Shown here piece after piece: positions 1-11,491 of a stretch of DNA of 64,000 nt. Where the stretch lies: NCBI GenBank assembly GCA_010093815.1, contig ML996574.1. One strand, 5' to 3'. Numbering within the stretch: the first letter of the stretch is position 1; the number at the start of each line of letters is the position of its first letter. A program made the translations under genes and the position numbers. This DNA is from Pseudovirgaria hyperparasitica (taxonomy: Eukaryota). The notes below the pieces were generated by a model. That model was given only the letters and a program-made list of their open reading frames with translations. It did not search any database and was not told the origin of the DNA.

Positions 1-1024
1 GATGTTAGGGTATATTCTGAATAGAAAAGGACTAAATTGGGGGGATTTTGTTTGGATCTGTCTCAAAATGCAAAATGATCGTCTGTGGCAAGCTGAAGCA
101 GCTAGGAAATTATCTCGTCCTACTTGAACTACCCCTGAGGGGCCTTTATATACCGCTCGTGAACATGTTTTCGAATTTTGAGTTCTACGAAGGAATAGCT
201 GGAAGATAGTACGACACGCTTGGTGCATTACTGATGGTTACGTCTATCAGCATACCGCTTCAACCTAGGCATATAGCATGTGATGAGCAACGGTCCTCCC
301 TAAGTAGCCTATTTAATGCTTTGTTTTGAGTTTCTTCCTCTTCATCAACGATGCAAAACGATCAATACTCTAAAAGAAATTAACAGCGAGATAGGTAGTT
401 CGCTCGATTATCATTCTATATTGTCGAAAATCCATGGTTGACAAAAATAAAAAGTCCGCCGTGGCCCTGGAGGGTGGTAAAAGTATTCATATGTGTTATA
501 TTGTCTCATTCAATCACATGGTCTGATTACTAGTCAATACAAGTAAGGGTTGAAAAATCTCTTCTATCTCGGGTCTTTACATTGTAGACCACATCTCACA
601 TCTTGAGGATATCCATCTGTAGATTTTCTCTTGTCTAAACCTGGTAGTGTGGTTGCTGAGTCGAATCGTAAGCCAACAGTAAATAAGCTAGACCGGAAGG
701 AGAGATGCTCACGATGCATGCCCAAAAGCGAACGTGACTTGAGCCTTTATAACCATGCTTCGAGAATCTCAAGCTTTGAATTGTAAACAAAGGTCTTGTG
801 TTGGAACTCAGGATTCCTGACCGGTTTTGCAAATGCCGCGCGGTGCGAACCTAGATAGATAGTGAGCTTATCGATATCAAAACTCTAATAACAGCAATAC
901 TTACGAGAGCTTACGATCGAGACAACAGCCAGATCATACTCACTGATCGTCCAACTAGCATAAATTTCACTCCTTTACCGTACCAATGCCAGTTCAACAG
1001 ATCCACCCTGCCCCGACAAAAATT

Positions 1025-1594
1025 TCACTCTGCCATGTCTGGTCCACGACTCGAACACTCCCAACACCTCAAATCCCTCTGCCCACAGAACCCCCAAGTC
1101 TCCACACCCTCCCCAGGATCAAGAATCCCCAACTCTCCACACTCATGACAAAACACATGCTTTTCCAACCCCAACCACACCCATCTTCCCCTCATATTCC
1201 GAGACACCTTCTCCGAAACAACCATACAATCCACACACTTCTTGCTCGTCCAACACTTATCCAGCACAGCCCCATCAATCTTTCCCTCTCCCGTACGTGG
1301 AAACTCCTTGCCCAATTTCACGGAGCAGGGAAAGCGATCCAGACCGCGAATGCGCTCGCAGGACGTGCATGCTAGGATATTGTGCTCTAGGGCAAACTGT
1401 GTGGGCTGTAGGAAGGGTCCGGTGTATATGAGAGGGAGGATATTCAAGCGGGTACTGAGGATTGGATCCGGGATTACGGAGCGCATGTGTCTGCATGTTT
1501 TACGTAGGAGGCAGCGGGATGTAAGGGGGAGGGCGTCTGCAATTAGGAGGTGGAGTTCGCAAGGCAGTCGAAGGTATGATGGAGAGAGGGCCAT
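1025..1594 (-). CDS. F-box domain protein
   Basis: ATG at 1594 gives MALSPSYLRLPCELHLLIADALPLTSRCLLRKTCRHMR, a typical F-box (LPxEL...I...L...L..TCR) followed by a Cys-rich tail (CTSC, CVDC, CHEC, CWEC). Confidence 0.75.
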   Translation of the reverse strand: MALSPSYLRLPCELHLLIADALPLTSRCLLRKTCRHMRSVIPDPILSTRLNILPLIYTGPFLQPTQFALEHNILACTSCERIRGLDRFPCSVKLGKEFPRTGEGKIDGAVLDKCWTSKKCVDCMVVSEKVSRNMRGRWVWLGLEKHVFCHECGELGILDPGEGVETWGFCGQRDLRCWECSSRGPDMAE

Positions 1595-1895
1595 AGTGAT
1601 TAGGCACTTAGATCGTATCGAGGCTGGTTGCTGGCATTTGCTTAGTGTTGTAGCATTGATGTCGGGATGTTGTTGCGATTCATAACTGACGGGTGGAGAT
1701 GTGGGGTAGCGTGGGGGGAACGGATGAATGAATGCGGGGCATGGGAACTCCACAGTATATATGGGCACGTTTGAGCCTGGGCGAACCTTTTGCTACACTA
1801 CCAGTATATCAGTCCAGCTTAGTCAGTGTCGATAGCCATTGGAAGTGTCCTCGAGTGAGGAAAAGATGATTTCTTTGGAATAATGGACCTCCTGA

Positions 1896-4355
1896 CTACC
1901 TTCGACCACCCTTCGGCTTCCCACTCGGTCTTCCACTTGGCTTGCCAGCCGCTTTTGACCCTGGCTTCCCTTTACCCCCTTTTGGTCCCTTGACCGTCGC
2001 TGACTTGCCAACATTCTCGACATCCTTCTTTGTCTTCTTCCATTCTTTGCCTTCACGTCTCAAGTCCTTATCCTCCAACTTCTTCCTTTCTTTCCCGCTC
2101 AGCTTTTTCTTCTTTTCACCTGGCTTCTTGCCACCTTGAGCGGCTGCGTCCTTGGCCGCCGCAGTCTTCTTTTCACTCTCAGACTGGAACCACTCTCGCT
2201 TCGGTCTTGCCTTGATCTCGGCAGCGTACTTGACCATGTTTTCTGACTTTGTGAGGTCACGCTCAGCAATAGTAATCATCTTCTCCTCCTTCTCCTCCTT
2301 AAGTACCGCTTCAATATCTTCTTCAAGTTCTTCTAACCTTTTAGACCAGCGCTCAACATCTTCATTAGGGATGCTTCGCGATTGAATAATAGCGCCTTGG
2401 GTGCGAGCGGCCTTGACAGCGGCGCGGACGACCTTGCGATCTGGCTCCGCAGCAAGTGTACATGCGCGACCAGACCTACCTGCACGGGCGGTACGACCGA
2501 CACGATGTAGGTAGATCTCGTGGGAATGCGGAGTTGTGTAATTGATAACCACAGAGATATTCTTGATATCGAGACCACGGGAAGCGAGATCGGTACACAA
2601 TAGATACGCAGAGGTTCCAGATCGGAATGACTCTATGGCTTGGATACGCTTGAAACAATATTAGCCATGTCTATATTTTTGGGAGAGCAACAAGTCACAT
2701 ACCTGTTCTTGACTCATATTGCCATGAAGCTCGCTGGCCTTCATGCCACATAGACCAAATATAACGCGAAGACGATGAGCTTCCTTCTTCTGAGGCAGGA
2801 AAATAATGACACGGTCCCGATAGACCTTCTCGCACAAGTACATTAGGTATGCGAGACGCTTGTCTTCTTTACCAGGTCGTAATCGGATGAACTCTTGAAC
2901 CAATCCCTTTACTGTGGACTTTTTCGCATCGACCATCAATCGGACAGGTCTGTTGAGGCCGACACGAATCAAGTTATCGATGGACTCGGTCATAGTGGCA
3001 GAAAACAGCATGGTTTGTCTTGATTTGGGTATTAATGAGATGATCTCGTTCAACTCATCGGCGAAACCCTCTTCCAACATGCGATCTGCTTCATCGAGAA
3101 CAAGAATTTCCAGAGTTTCGACCGTAAAGCTCGGCGAATTACGGACGTGATCGATGAATCGACCAGGCGTAGCGATGATGACGTCTGGTCGCGTCTTGAG
3201 AACATTTTCTTGGTCCTTTAAGCTGAAACCTCCCACAGCCTGAGCGAATGTAATGTCTGTGAACGCCGCTAGCTTCTTAGATACATTGAAGCACTGCACA
3301 GCCAACTCACGAGTTGGCATGACTACAGCAACGCGCGTGGTTGGGACTTTCTTCGGTCGATAGAGGAGACGTTCGAGGATGGGTATCATGAAAGCCGCAG
3401 TCTTTCCTGAACCAGTGACAGCACTACCAACAACATCTTTACCAAGCAAGGCCACTGGTATCGTCTTGGCCTGGATTGGTGTCGGCTCTGCGAAGCCAAT
3501 GGAGGCCAGCCCTCTCAGTATCGGACGCGATAAAGACATAGCTTGGAATGAAGCTGATATTTTGGCAGTGGAAGCTTTGTGGTCGTCTGATTCAGGCGCG
3601 AAGAAATCTTTACGCCGTTGTGCTTCCACGGCATCTTCAACCTCAGAGTCAGACTCATCTTGAGGAGCGAGATCATCAGGGTGAGCCACTGGCTCAGCGA
3701 TAGACTCATCGTCTGATTCCTCTCCTTCACCGTCTTCCTGACCGCCCTTGTCTCCCTCATCCTCGGAGTCTTCTTCTGCACCGCTCTCATCCTCACCAGT
3801 AGCTCCCATACCGAAACCGTCCTCAGCAAGAAGCTCGTCATCATCATCATCTTCAAGTCCTTCAAACTCCACTTCATCTTCTTCTGCATCTGCGTCCGTG
3901 GTAGATGCTTTAGCTTCACCGGTCTCTTCCTTTGCGAGCTTTCTCCGCGCAATAATGTCGTCAACAGACAAGCCCGTAGTGGTCTGCTTTTGGGACTTGT
4001 CATCACGCTTTTCCCACCCATCAAAATCTTCTAGCAGGTCTCCGCCAACGTCTCCGACAACAAACTCAAACTCCGAGTCCATGTCTGCATCCTCGTCTGC
4101 ACCATTAGCAGGCGTAGGTCGCGTATAGACCTCAACATCGTCCTGGCTTGGCACATCCGTTTCTTTCCGGGCTTTCTTGCCTTTTTTGTCTTTCTTGCTC
4201 TTCTTGCTTTCTGCGCCATTCAATTGTACGTCTTCGGTGGCTCGCTTGCGCTTTTTGCTGGGTAGAGAAGGTGGAACGTCGTCGAGGTCAGGTACTGACT
4301 CATTGTCAGATATGGTATGAACGAAGTCGTCCTCGTCAATCATCTTGGGCGCCAT
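1896..4355 (-). CDS. DRS1: DEAD-box RNA helicase Drs1 (60S biogenesis); intron 2649-2702
   Basis: Q motif PTPIQ, AVTGSGKT, PTRELA, TPGR, DEAD, SAT, TDLASRGLD, HRVGRTARAGR; acidic N-terminus and Lys-rich C-terminus. A GTATGT...GCTAAT...AAG intron joins ORFs 2661-4355 and 1896-2600. Confidence 0.93.
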
Positions 4356-4566
4356 AGGAGAATTGAGAGGCAGCGTAAATTGCTTGAATCAGCCAAGATG
4401 TAGCCAAACTTTTTCCCAGATAGACAAGCGCACGGACCGTATGCTAAAATACAAAATCTTGGCATGGATTGATGCCTGAACTGCCACAAAAAGTTCGGAA
4501 ATGCAAGCAACCCCACCTGTGCCGACCCTGCGATTGAATACCAAAACATCTTCGCAGTCAGACAAG

Positions 4567-5603
4567 ATGCCTATCAACCAGGTATGTCTACTTGTTTGTA
4601 TTGATTTATTCCAGTAAACCTAATTTTCCACAGCCCTCGAATCAGATTAAGCTCACGAACGTGGCTTTGGTGCGCATGAAGAAGGGCAAGTCTATTAAAC
4701 CTGTGCCACTTTGCGCCGGACTGACAAAGGCAATCCATAGGCAAGAAGCGCTATGAGATAGCATGCTACAAGAACAAAGTCCTGGAATGGCGCAGCGGGT
4801 CTGAGAAGGACATTGACAACGTTCTCCAAATTCCCAACGTCTTCCTCTCCGTCAGCAAAGGCCAAGTCGCCCCGAACGAAGATCTGAACAAGTCATTCCC
4901 CAAGAAAACGCGCGAAGAAATCACGCTCGAGATATTGAACAAAGGCGAGCTGCAGGTTGGGGAAAAGGAGCGCTCTGCACAGCTGGAGCGAGTACACAAT
5001 GAGGTGATTGACATTGTTGCTGGCAAGTTGGTGGATCCGAGAACGAAGAGGGTGTACACGACCGGCATGATCGAGAAGGCGCTCGACCAGTTAAGCTCGC
5101 AGCGAACCCACGCGCCAGAATCGAAAGGTGCACCGAGTGCGAGCGGGACAGCCACGCCGACGACAGACGGGGACAAGGAGAAGGTCAAGACCAAGGATTT
5201 ACCCAGCTGGACCGGCGTTGTGACAACGCGATCTGCGAAGTCGCAAGCCCTCGACGCCATGAAGGCTCTGATCGCACATCAACCCATCCCCGTTGGACGA
5301 GCCAGGATGCGGCTGCGCATAACCTGCCCCACGAGTATCCTTAAGCAGAGCGCCAAGATGACAACGAAGTCGACAGAGGAAGGTGCAGATGGCGAGGAGA
5401 TCAAGAAGAGTACTGTAAAGGATTGCATATTAAGTTTTGTTGAACAGGCAGAATCCCAAGAGACAGTGGGAGAGGAGTGGGAATTGGTCGGATTCGTCGA
5501 GCCTGGCGCGTATAAGTCGTTAACAGAGTTTGTTGGCACGCAGACCAAGGGCCGTGCAAGAGCAGAGGTACTTGACATGGCTGTCATGCATGAGGGTGAT
5601 TGA
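4567..5603 (+). CDS. SDO1: Ribosome maturation protein Sdo1/SBDS; introns 4582-4633 and 4686-4740 (GC-AG)
   Basis: Spliced N-terminus [36 protein letters not shown], then ILNKGELQVGEKER, VDPRTKRVYT, SAKSQAL and RARMRLRI, all SBDS-family motifs. Confidence 0.93.
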
Positions 5604-6446
5604 GTGTGGAGAGAAGCAGAGACTTGTGGTGGATTCGAAGGTGACGGTTCAATCCACTGAGACAAGCATCGCGAGCTGGCCAGGCTCCATGCAATAGTCA
5701 CAGCAGAGATGCACTCTCATGCGCGATCTAATGACTGCGCAGACAATACACGCGCATACCCGCGTCTGCTTCACAGGCTTCACAGGACCACCGGCACGGG
5801 AAAGCAGCGCATGATACTCGTCCGTCCGAACTTGAGCGCATAACAACTTTCTCCAGGGAATGCATACACGGAACAAAGCACACTATTCAATATCTTCATA
5901 AGCCTCCATGCAGTCCTTCAACAAGAAATCCTCCCCGCGACCCCCCACGAACTCTCCATCCTAGCCGCAGCCCTGCATTTCCCTGCCACGTGTATGTACT
6001 TGCATAGCACAGATCCATACCGTCGTCACATCATCTCTCTACCATGTAGTTACTTGGAGGATACATTCATACACGCCCAGTCCACCAATGAACATCTGAC
6101 ATGTATATGTGTATACGCCCAAAAAAAAGCACTCGAAAGTTCTCCTCATCCTCCAACGTCCCGCCCTCCCTTCCTCCCGCAGCTCCACCACTATCCCACA
6201 AAGCACTACAACGAGAATCTCAATCAATCAACCAGTCAATCATTCAATCATACCATCCATCATAACCCCTCATAAGATCATAATCATAAAGTCATTCCAC
6301 CACCACCAAGGACGGATGTACCCGCATCCCATCCCGTCCCAATCCCCTATCCCTCCTTCCCCCCCCTCTCCCCACCCCATCCCGTCCCATCCCTTCTCCA
6401 GTCCCCCATTACTCGATTCCCCCAAATCCCCCCTCCCCCTCAAAAA

Positions 6447-7157
6447 TCAATCCCACCAAACCCCCCTCCTCACCCGCCCACACCCCTGCAAAACCCCAAG
6501 CACAACCGCACTACTCGTCCGCACGCCCCACCTGCGCCCCAGCGGCTCCGCGATCGCAGTCCAATCATACTGGCACCCGTCATGCAGGTGGAGGATCAAG
6601 CTGACAAGATGTGCGTCGATAGGGTGCAGGTTTGCGTCTGTATTTGCGTTTGTGTTGTAGTGCGGGTTGGAACAGGGGGAGGGGGATGGGTGTGTGGTTG
6701 TTATGATGGAGATGCGGGGGTCGAGGGTGCGTGTGGTTGTGGTTGTGTTAGATGATTGGGTATGTGCTGGTGGTGGTGGCGGGAGATGATGATTGTTATT
6801 GAGTTCCGCGGTGGTGTGACGAGGGGGAGTGTGAGGGGGAGAGTCCAAGGTCGTTGGGGCGGTCGTGAGGATATTCGGTGTATGTACAGCAGTTATATTT
6901 TCGCCATGCTCGTCAATCTCATCCAGCGCGAGCGGCGGCGTGAGGGCTGCGATGTCACATTCGCAGAGTTGATTCCTGGCGATGTGCGTGCGGGACGCGG
7001 AGAAAGAACCAGAACCAGAGGCAAACCATGAACCAGAAGAAGACGAAGGTCGGAAAAAGGTAGGTTTGAGACAAGACACAACGGAATCGACCCTGACAAG
7101 GGGAGGTGACGGGGCAGCAGGAGGAGGATAGGAGGACGACTGGGCCGTTTGATCCAT
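6447..7157 (-). CDS. Hypothetical protein, low-complexity N-terminus with a possible C-terminal helix-turn-helix-like segment
   Basis: ORF from ATG 7157 (MDQTAQ); Pro/Ser/Thr-rich, ending in an ordered segment LILHLHDGCQYDWTAIAEPLGRRWG...VLGVL. Confidence 0.55.
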   Translation of the reverse strand: MDQTAQSSSYPPPAAPSPPLVRVDSVVSCLKPTFFRPSSSSGSWFASGSGSFSASRTHIARNQLCECDIAALTPPLALDEIDEHGENITAVHTPNILTTAPTTLDSPPHTPPRHTTAELNNNHHLPPPPPAHTQSSNTTTTTRTLDPRISIITTTHPSPSPCSNPHYNTNANTDANLHPIDAHLVSLILHLHDGCQYDWTAIAEPLGRRWGVRTSSAVVLGVLQGCGRVRRGVWWD

Positions 7158-7959
7158 TATGTGAGCATTAGGGGCTATCAAAGACGGGGGGGTTTCTGGG
7201 GATATAGGGGAGGGGGACGGGGGTGAACTTCAGAAAGATTTGGAAAAGTGGTTTGAGCTTGGAAGAGAAGAAGAGGCCGGTTCGTGGGCCGGCATGTTTA
7301 TATTTCACAACTTCATGCTGGAGACAAAGGTTGCGAGGACGGAGAAGCAGAGAGAAAGAGAAGGGAAAAGAAGGTTCGAGTGTGGAGTACTGCCAACAGG
7401 TTGGTATGGAGACGTGTGTTTGACGCTTAGAGGATGTCAGTTGTCAACGGATGGTACCAACTGCGTCGTCGTGAACAGAAAATGCTTGCATAGATGGCTT
7501 TGCGGGGTGGGCGTGTTGTTTCGGCATGGTTAGTTTCGAAATTCATGTATCGAGATGCAGGTTAAACAGGGGTCGACGTGTATGAGCGTCTGTAGCACGA
7601 ATAGAGTGTCAGCAGAATAGTACCCCAAGCCCACAACACAGATTGATGCAGGGCAACGGATTACTGCACGGCAAGCGGATCCACGTTGCAACAGTCTTCA
7701 ACAACAGCGCATGGCGGAACGAGTTGGTGGTGGTTCAAGCCGAGAATTGATTGCTACAATGAGTTAACCCTCTCACTCCGAGCGAACCTCGACGACAACA
7801 CCAGATCGTGCAATACGCTTTGTCTAGCAGCCATGCGAGTGCCATAAATGCAGTAGTGAAGAGACCAATAACCGATTTTTTCGTCCATTCACATCCAGCA
7901 GCGAGCGCAAAGAATCCCCCACCAAGCGCCACCATGTTCGATCCGCAACCCGCACACGT

Positions 7960-8543
7960 TTAACCCTTCTTCTTCGACACACCAACGGTACGTCCTCTCC
8001 GACCGGTGGTCTTGCTGTGTTGACCCCTGACACGGAGACCCCAGTAGTGACGGAGACCACGGTGAGCGCGGATCTTCTTCAGGCGCTCCAAATCCTCACG
8101 CAGCTTGCTGTCTACGCCGTTGGCGAGCGTCTGGTAGTTCTTGCCATCAACGATGTCGCGTTGTCTGTTGAGAAACCAGGTAGGGATCTTGTACTGGGTT
8201 GGGTTCTGAACAATGGTAACAATGCGCTCGAGTTCTTCGGAGGTCAGGTCACCGGCACTAGACATCTATTAGACTGGGTTTCGTCCAGGTTTGCGTATGA
8301 TGCTATCGTACCGCTTGTTCAAGTCGACATCGGCCTTTTTGCAGACCAAGTTGGAGTAACGACGGCCAACACCCTTGATCTTCGTCAAGGCGTACATGAC
8401 CTTTTGCTTGCCATCGACGTTGGTGTTGAGCAGACGGATAATGTATTGGAAGTTCGACTTCTCTCCGGAGACAAGTGCTAGAGTTCCATTAGCATTCGAG
8501 TCGTCTTCTCGCACTATGGTAGAGCATAGGGATGCGTACACAT
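7960..8543 (-). CDS. RPS18: 40S ribosomal protein S18 (uS13); introns 8478-8539 and 8258-8311
   Basis: Spliced [25 protein letters not shown]...KGVGRRY...RAGDLT...[36 protein letters not shown]. Confidence 0.97.
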
Positions 8544-8935
8544 GATGGGCCACTCGTTGTCGTTGTTGTCGGATGGGTGTTCAAAGTCGTGATGTGCACT
8601 ATGCTAAGAAGCGAGAATGAGGAATTTGGCCTGGTGGGCGCTAGTGTGTGTGTAGATCACGTGAATTTAGCGACACCTGTATGGTCCGTGCACGAACACG
8701 ATGTCAACGTCGCGCGTGGCACTCCGATCAGCGACATTGGATAGAGAATATTCTTCTTGTCATCTTGAATGATACAATTCTTTGATTTGCAATCTATACA
8801 CTGTATGATTTCCAAGACGAATACAGGCCAATGATCAATTCCTAACACATTCTGTGTAACTCCTCCATCAAAACCTTTCCTGCCGATATAACAGAACACC
8901 TTCTACCAAGGCGCTTGCTCGTCGTGGGTGAATCT

Positions 8936-10611
8936 TCATTTCTCAACCCACTCACCACTCAGCCAGCGGTTGAAGAAGTCAAGACTAGCCTCAGGCTGGT
9001 CGTGAGGAATCATGTGACCGCCCGCATGCAGTCTCATGAAGCTAAAGTTGCCAGAAGCCTTGACATCACCAATCTTCTTGTCAGAGCCTGTCAAGATAAG
9101 GTCTTTGGTCTTGGCGTCATTGTAAGCCTTCTTGCCGGGCCACTCCAAAGCCTCGGCCCAGGCTCTGTTGCCGAGCCAGTTGCAGATGTAGTCAGCATCG
9201 CCAGCGTAGATCAAGACGGGGATCTCCTTGATAAGGTCGGGCACAAGGCGGTAGAATGGCATCATCCAGTCACCCTTGAATAGGAAGTTGCGGTTAATGT
9301 CGAAGTTGCAGCTGTCGAAGCTGCTGACCTCGGCACCAAGCGCATCCTGAACGTTCTTCTGGTTGAGATATTCTTGGATGTAGCCCATCTCGGAGTAGCA
9401 AAGGTTGCTTGAATCCTCGCACTTGCCACGAACATCATAGACATTCTGGCCGGTGCGCTGGTAAGGACCAATCATAGCGTTGTTGCAGTAGATGGCTGCA
9501 GGGACACACGACCATACTGACTCGGAATTATAGCATCCCTCGATGAGACTGGTGCAACGAGGAAGCGCGTTGTCCATAGCTTGGCACTCGCTCTCTCCCA
9601 AAACGGCTGGCCAGCCACCCTCACCGCAGGCCATGGGTCGGTAGTAGTCGTACTGCGTGAGAGGGTCGGTGAGACCGTTGCCAATCAGAACAGACTTGAG
9701 GTTGATGTTCCTCTTCTTGTGTGAGAGGATCTCGTGAGCAAATACCGGGATATAGTGACCAGCATATGATTCACCAGAGATGTGGAAGTCTTGCTTCGCG
9801 TACTGCGGAAACTGCTCAAAGAAGAGGGTAAGGAGAGCGTAAACATCCTTTCCAGCAGCAACGGTATCGCTGACCGAGCCACCACTGTAGGAGAAACCAA
9901 CATTGACAGGTTGATCAAGGAAGATGACGGAGGCGTTGCTGTTCCACGAGTAATCGTTGTACTTGACTTTGATGTCTTTGGTGATCGAAGACGGACCAAG
10001 CTCCATGAAGAGACCAGTCATAGACGAGCAGCCTGGGCCACCGTTGAGCCATAAAACAACAGGGTCGTTCTTGGGATCATTGCGGGACTCAAAGAACCCT
10101 ACATGAGGTATTAGCTATGGCAAACTACGAGGACTTCGGGCAACCTACAGTAGAACAAGTGCTTGTCGTTCTCATTGTCATCGAGGTACCCGCTGTACTG
10201 CTTGACCTTATCGACACCAAGCGCAGCAGGGTCGACCTTCTTAGTACGAAGATTGTACGCAGCAAGACTGCCTCCAATCCTCCGCTCTTGTTCGCCATCA
10301 GCGTTGGCTTCCCAGACGCTCTGGATATCCTCGCCCCTCATGATATGATCCCACTCCTTGTCAGCCTTCTTCGTGGCCGGCTTCGGCGAGGAGAAGAAAG
10401 CGGCCTGCTCGAAGTCCTTGGGGAACATCAGTGCCATCTCATCCCAAAGCGCGCGCGCTTCGCCGGTGAGCGACTTCAGCGACTCCTCCAAGTTGTGGAG
10501 CGGCTTCGTCCAGGCATCAGTGTCGAACTTGGGCATCTTGAACACCTGCTGCGGCGGCGTGAGCGCCGCAGAGGCAGCCCCGACCAGGAGTGCCGACGTA
10601 GCGACCTTCAT
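8936..10611 (-). CDS. cpyA: Vacuolar serine carboxypeptidase Y (S10), prepro-protein; intron 10099-10148
   Basis: Signal peptide [15 protein letters not shown], propeptide, [54 protein letters not shown]. Confidence 0.93.
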
Positions 10612-11491
10612 GGTGATGGAATGCTGCGTCGAGATGAGGCTTCAGGGGAGAGTGTAGTGGAGTGATCAGATGGAAACTGGATAAACTACGTCAGCACCTC
10701 GATAGCAGCGATAAGCTCACAGCTTGCGTGCAACTTACGAGAACAGAGATATGTGTAGTGATTGTAGGAGATGGGGTGCGGATGATGATAGAGAATACTC
10801 GAGAGAGGAATCACACTGGATACTCAGCAGAGTGTTCACAGAGTGTTGAGGGAGGAAGAGTGGAAGGGAGGAAGCTCATGAGGTCTCACCTGGAGTGCAC
10901 GGGTGGCGGTACCAGCTTGGATGTCATGCCAAGCCCAGGCACCTGCCGCGTGGTCACAGCAACCAATCACTGGAACCAGCCTCGGTCTACGATGTATTGG
11001 CACTAGCCTCATGTTATGGCGCGCGCGCGTGAGACAACAAGCCTCATCTCAAGCATACTCCGCTGTGACTGTGAACGCTGCTCCGTCTCCAATCGTCATA
11101 GGTATTATCAGCAAACAACTTGGAAGGGTATCCGCCTCGATCACCCTGCGCCACGCAATGTACCTGACAGGTCAGCATGCTGTGTAACCCAAGCAAGGAA
11201 CGCGTTATGAGATCTCCAGAGCCTACACAAATGGTCTTTGCCAAAATGAATCTATGCATATGTCTCTCTCTATATATACGAACTCATAAACCATGCCATG
11301 TATCAATATATGTACATACAAACGCCAACAACCACTAAGCAGTCTATCCACATACATACCCCTCAAAGAACGCCTAATAATGCAAACCGCGTCAAACCCC
11401 GGTGCGACCAGCCAGGGTGATGCCGTTTGGGTATCTGATACAAATCCCCATGAATAAAGGAAAAAAAAAGAGAAACCCTCCACTGTCCACC

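Noticed and set aside
1..950. Mildly AT-rich window start
   Set aside because: No ORF, terminal repeat or RNA motif that I could support.
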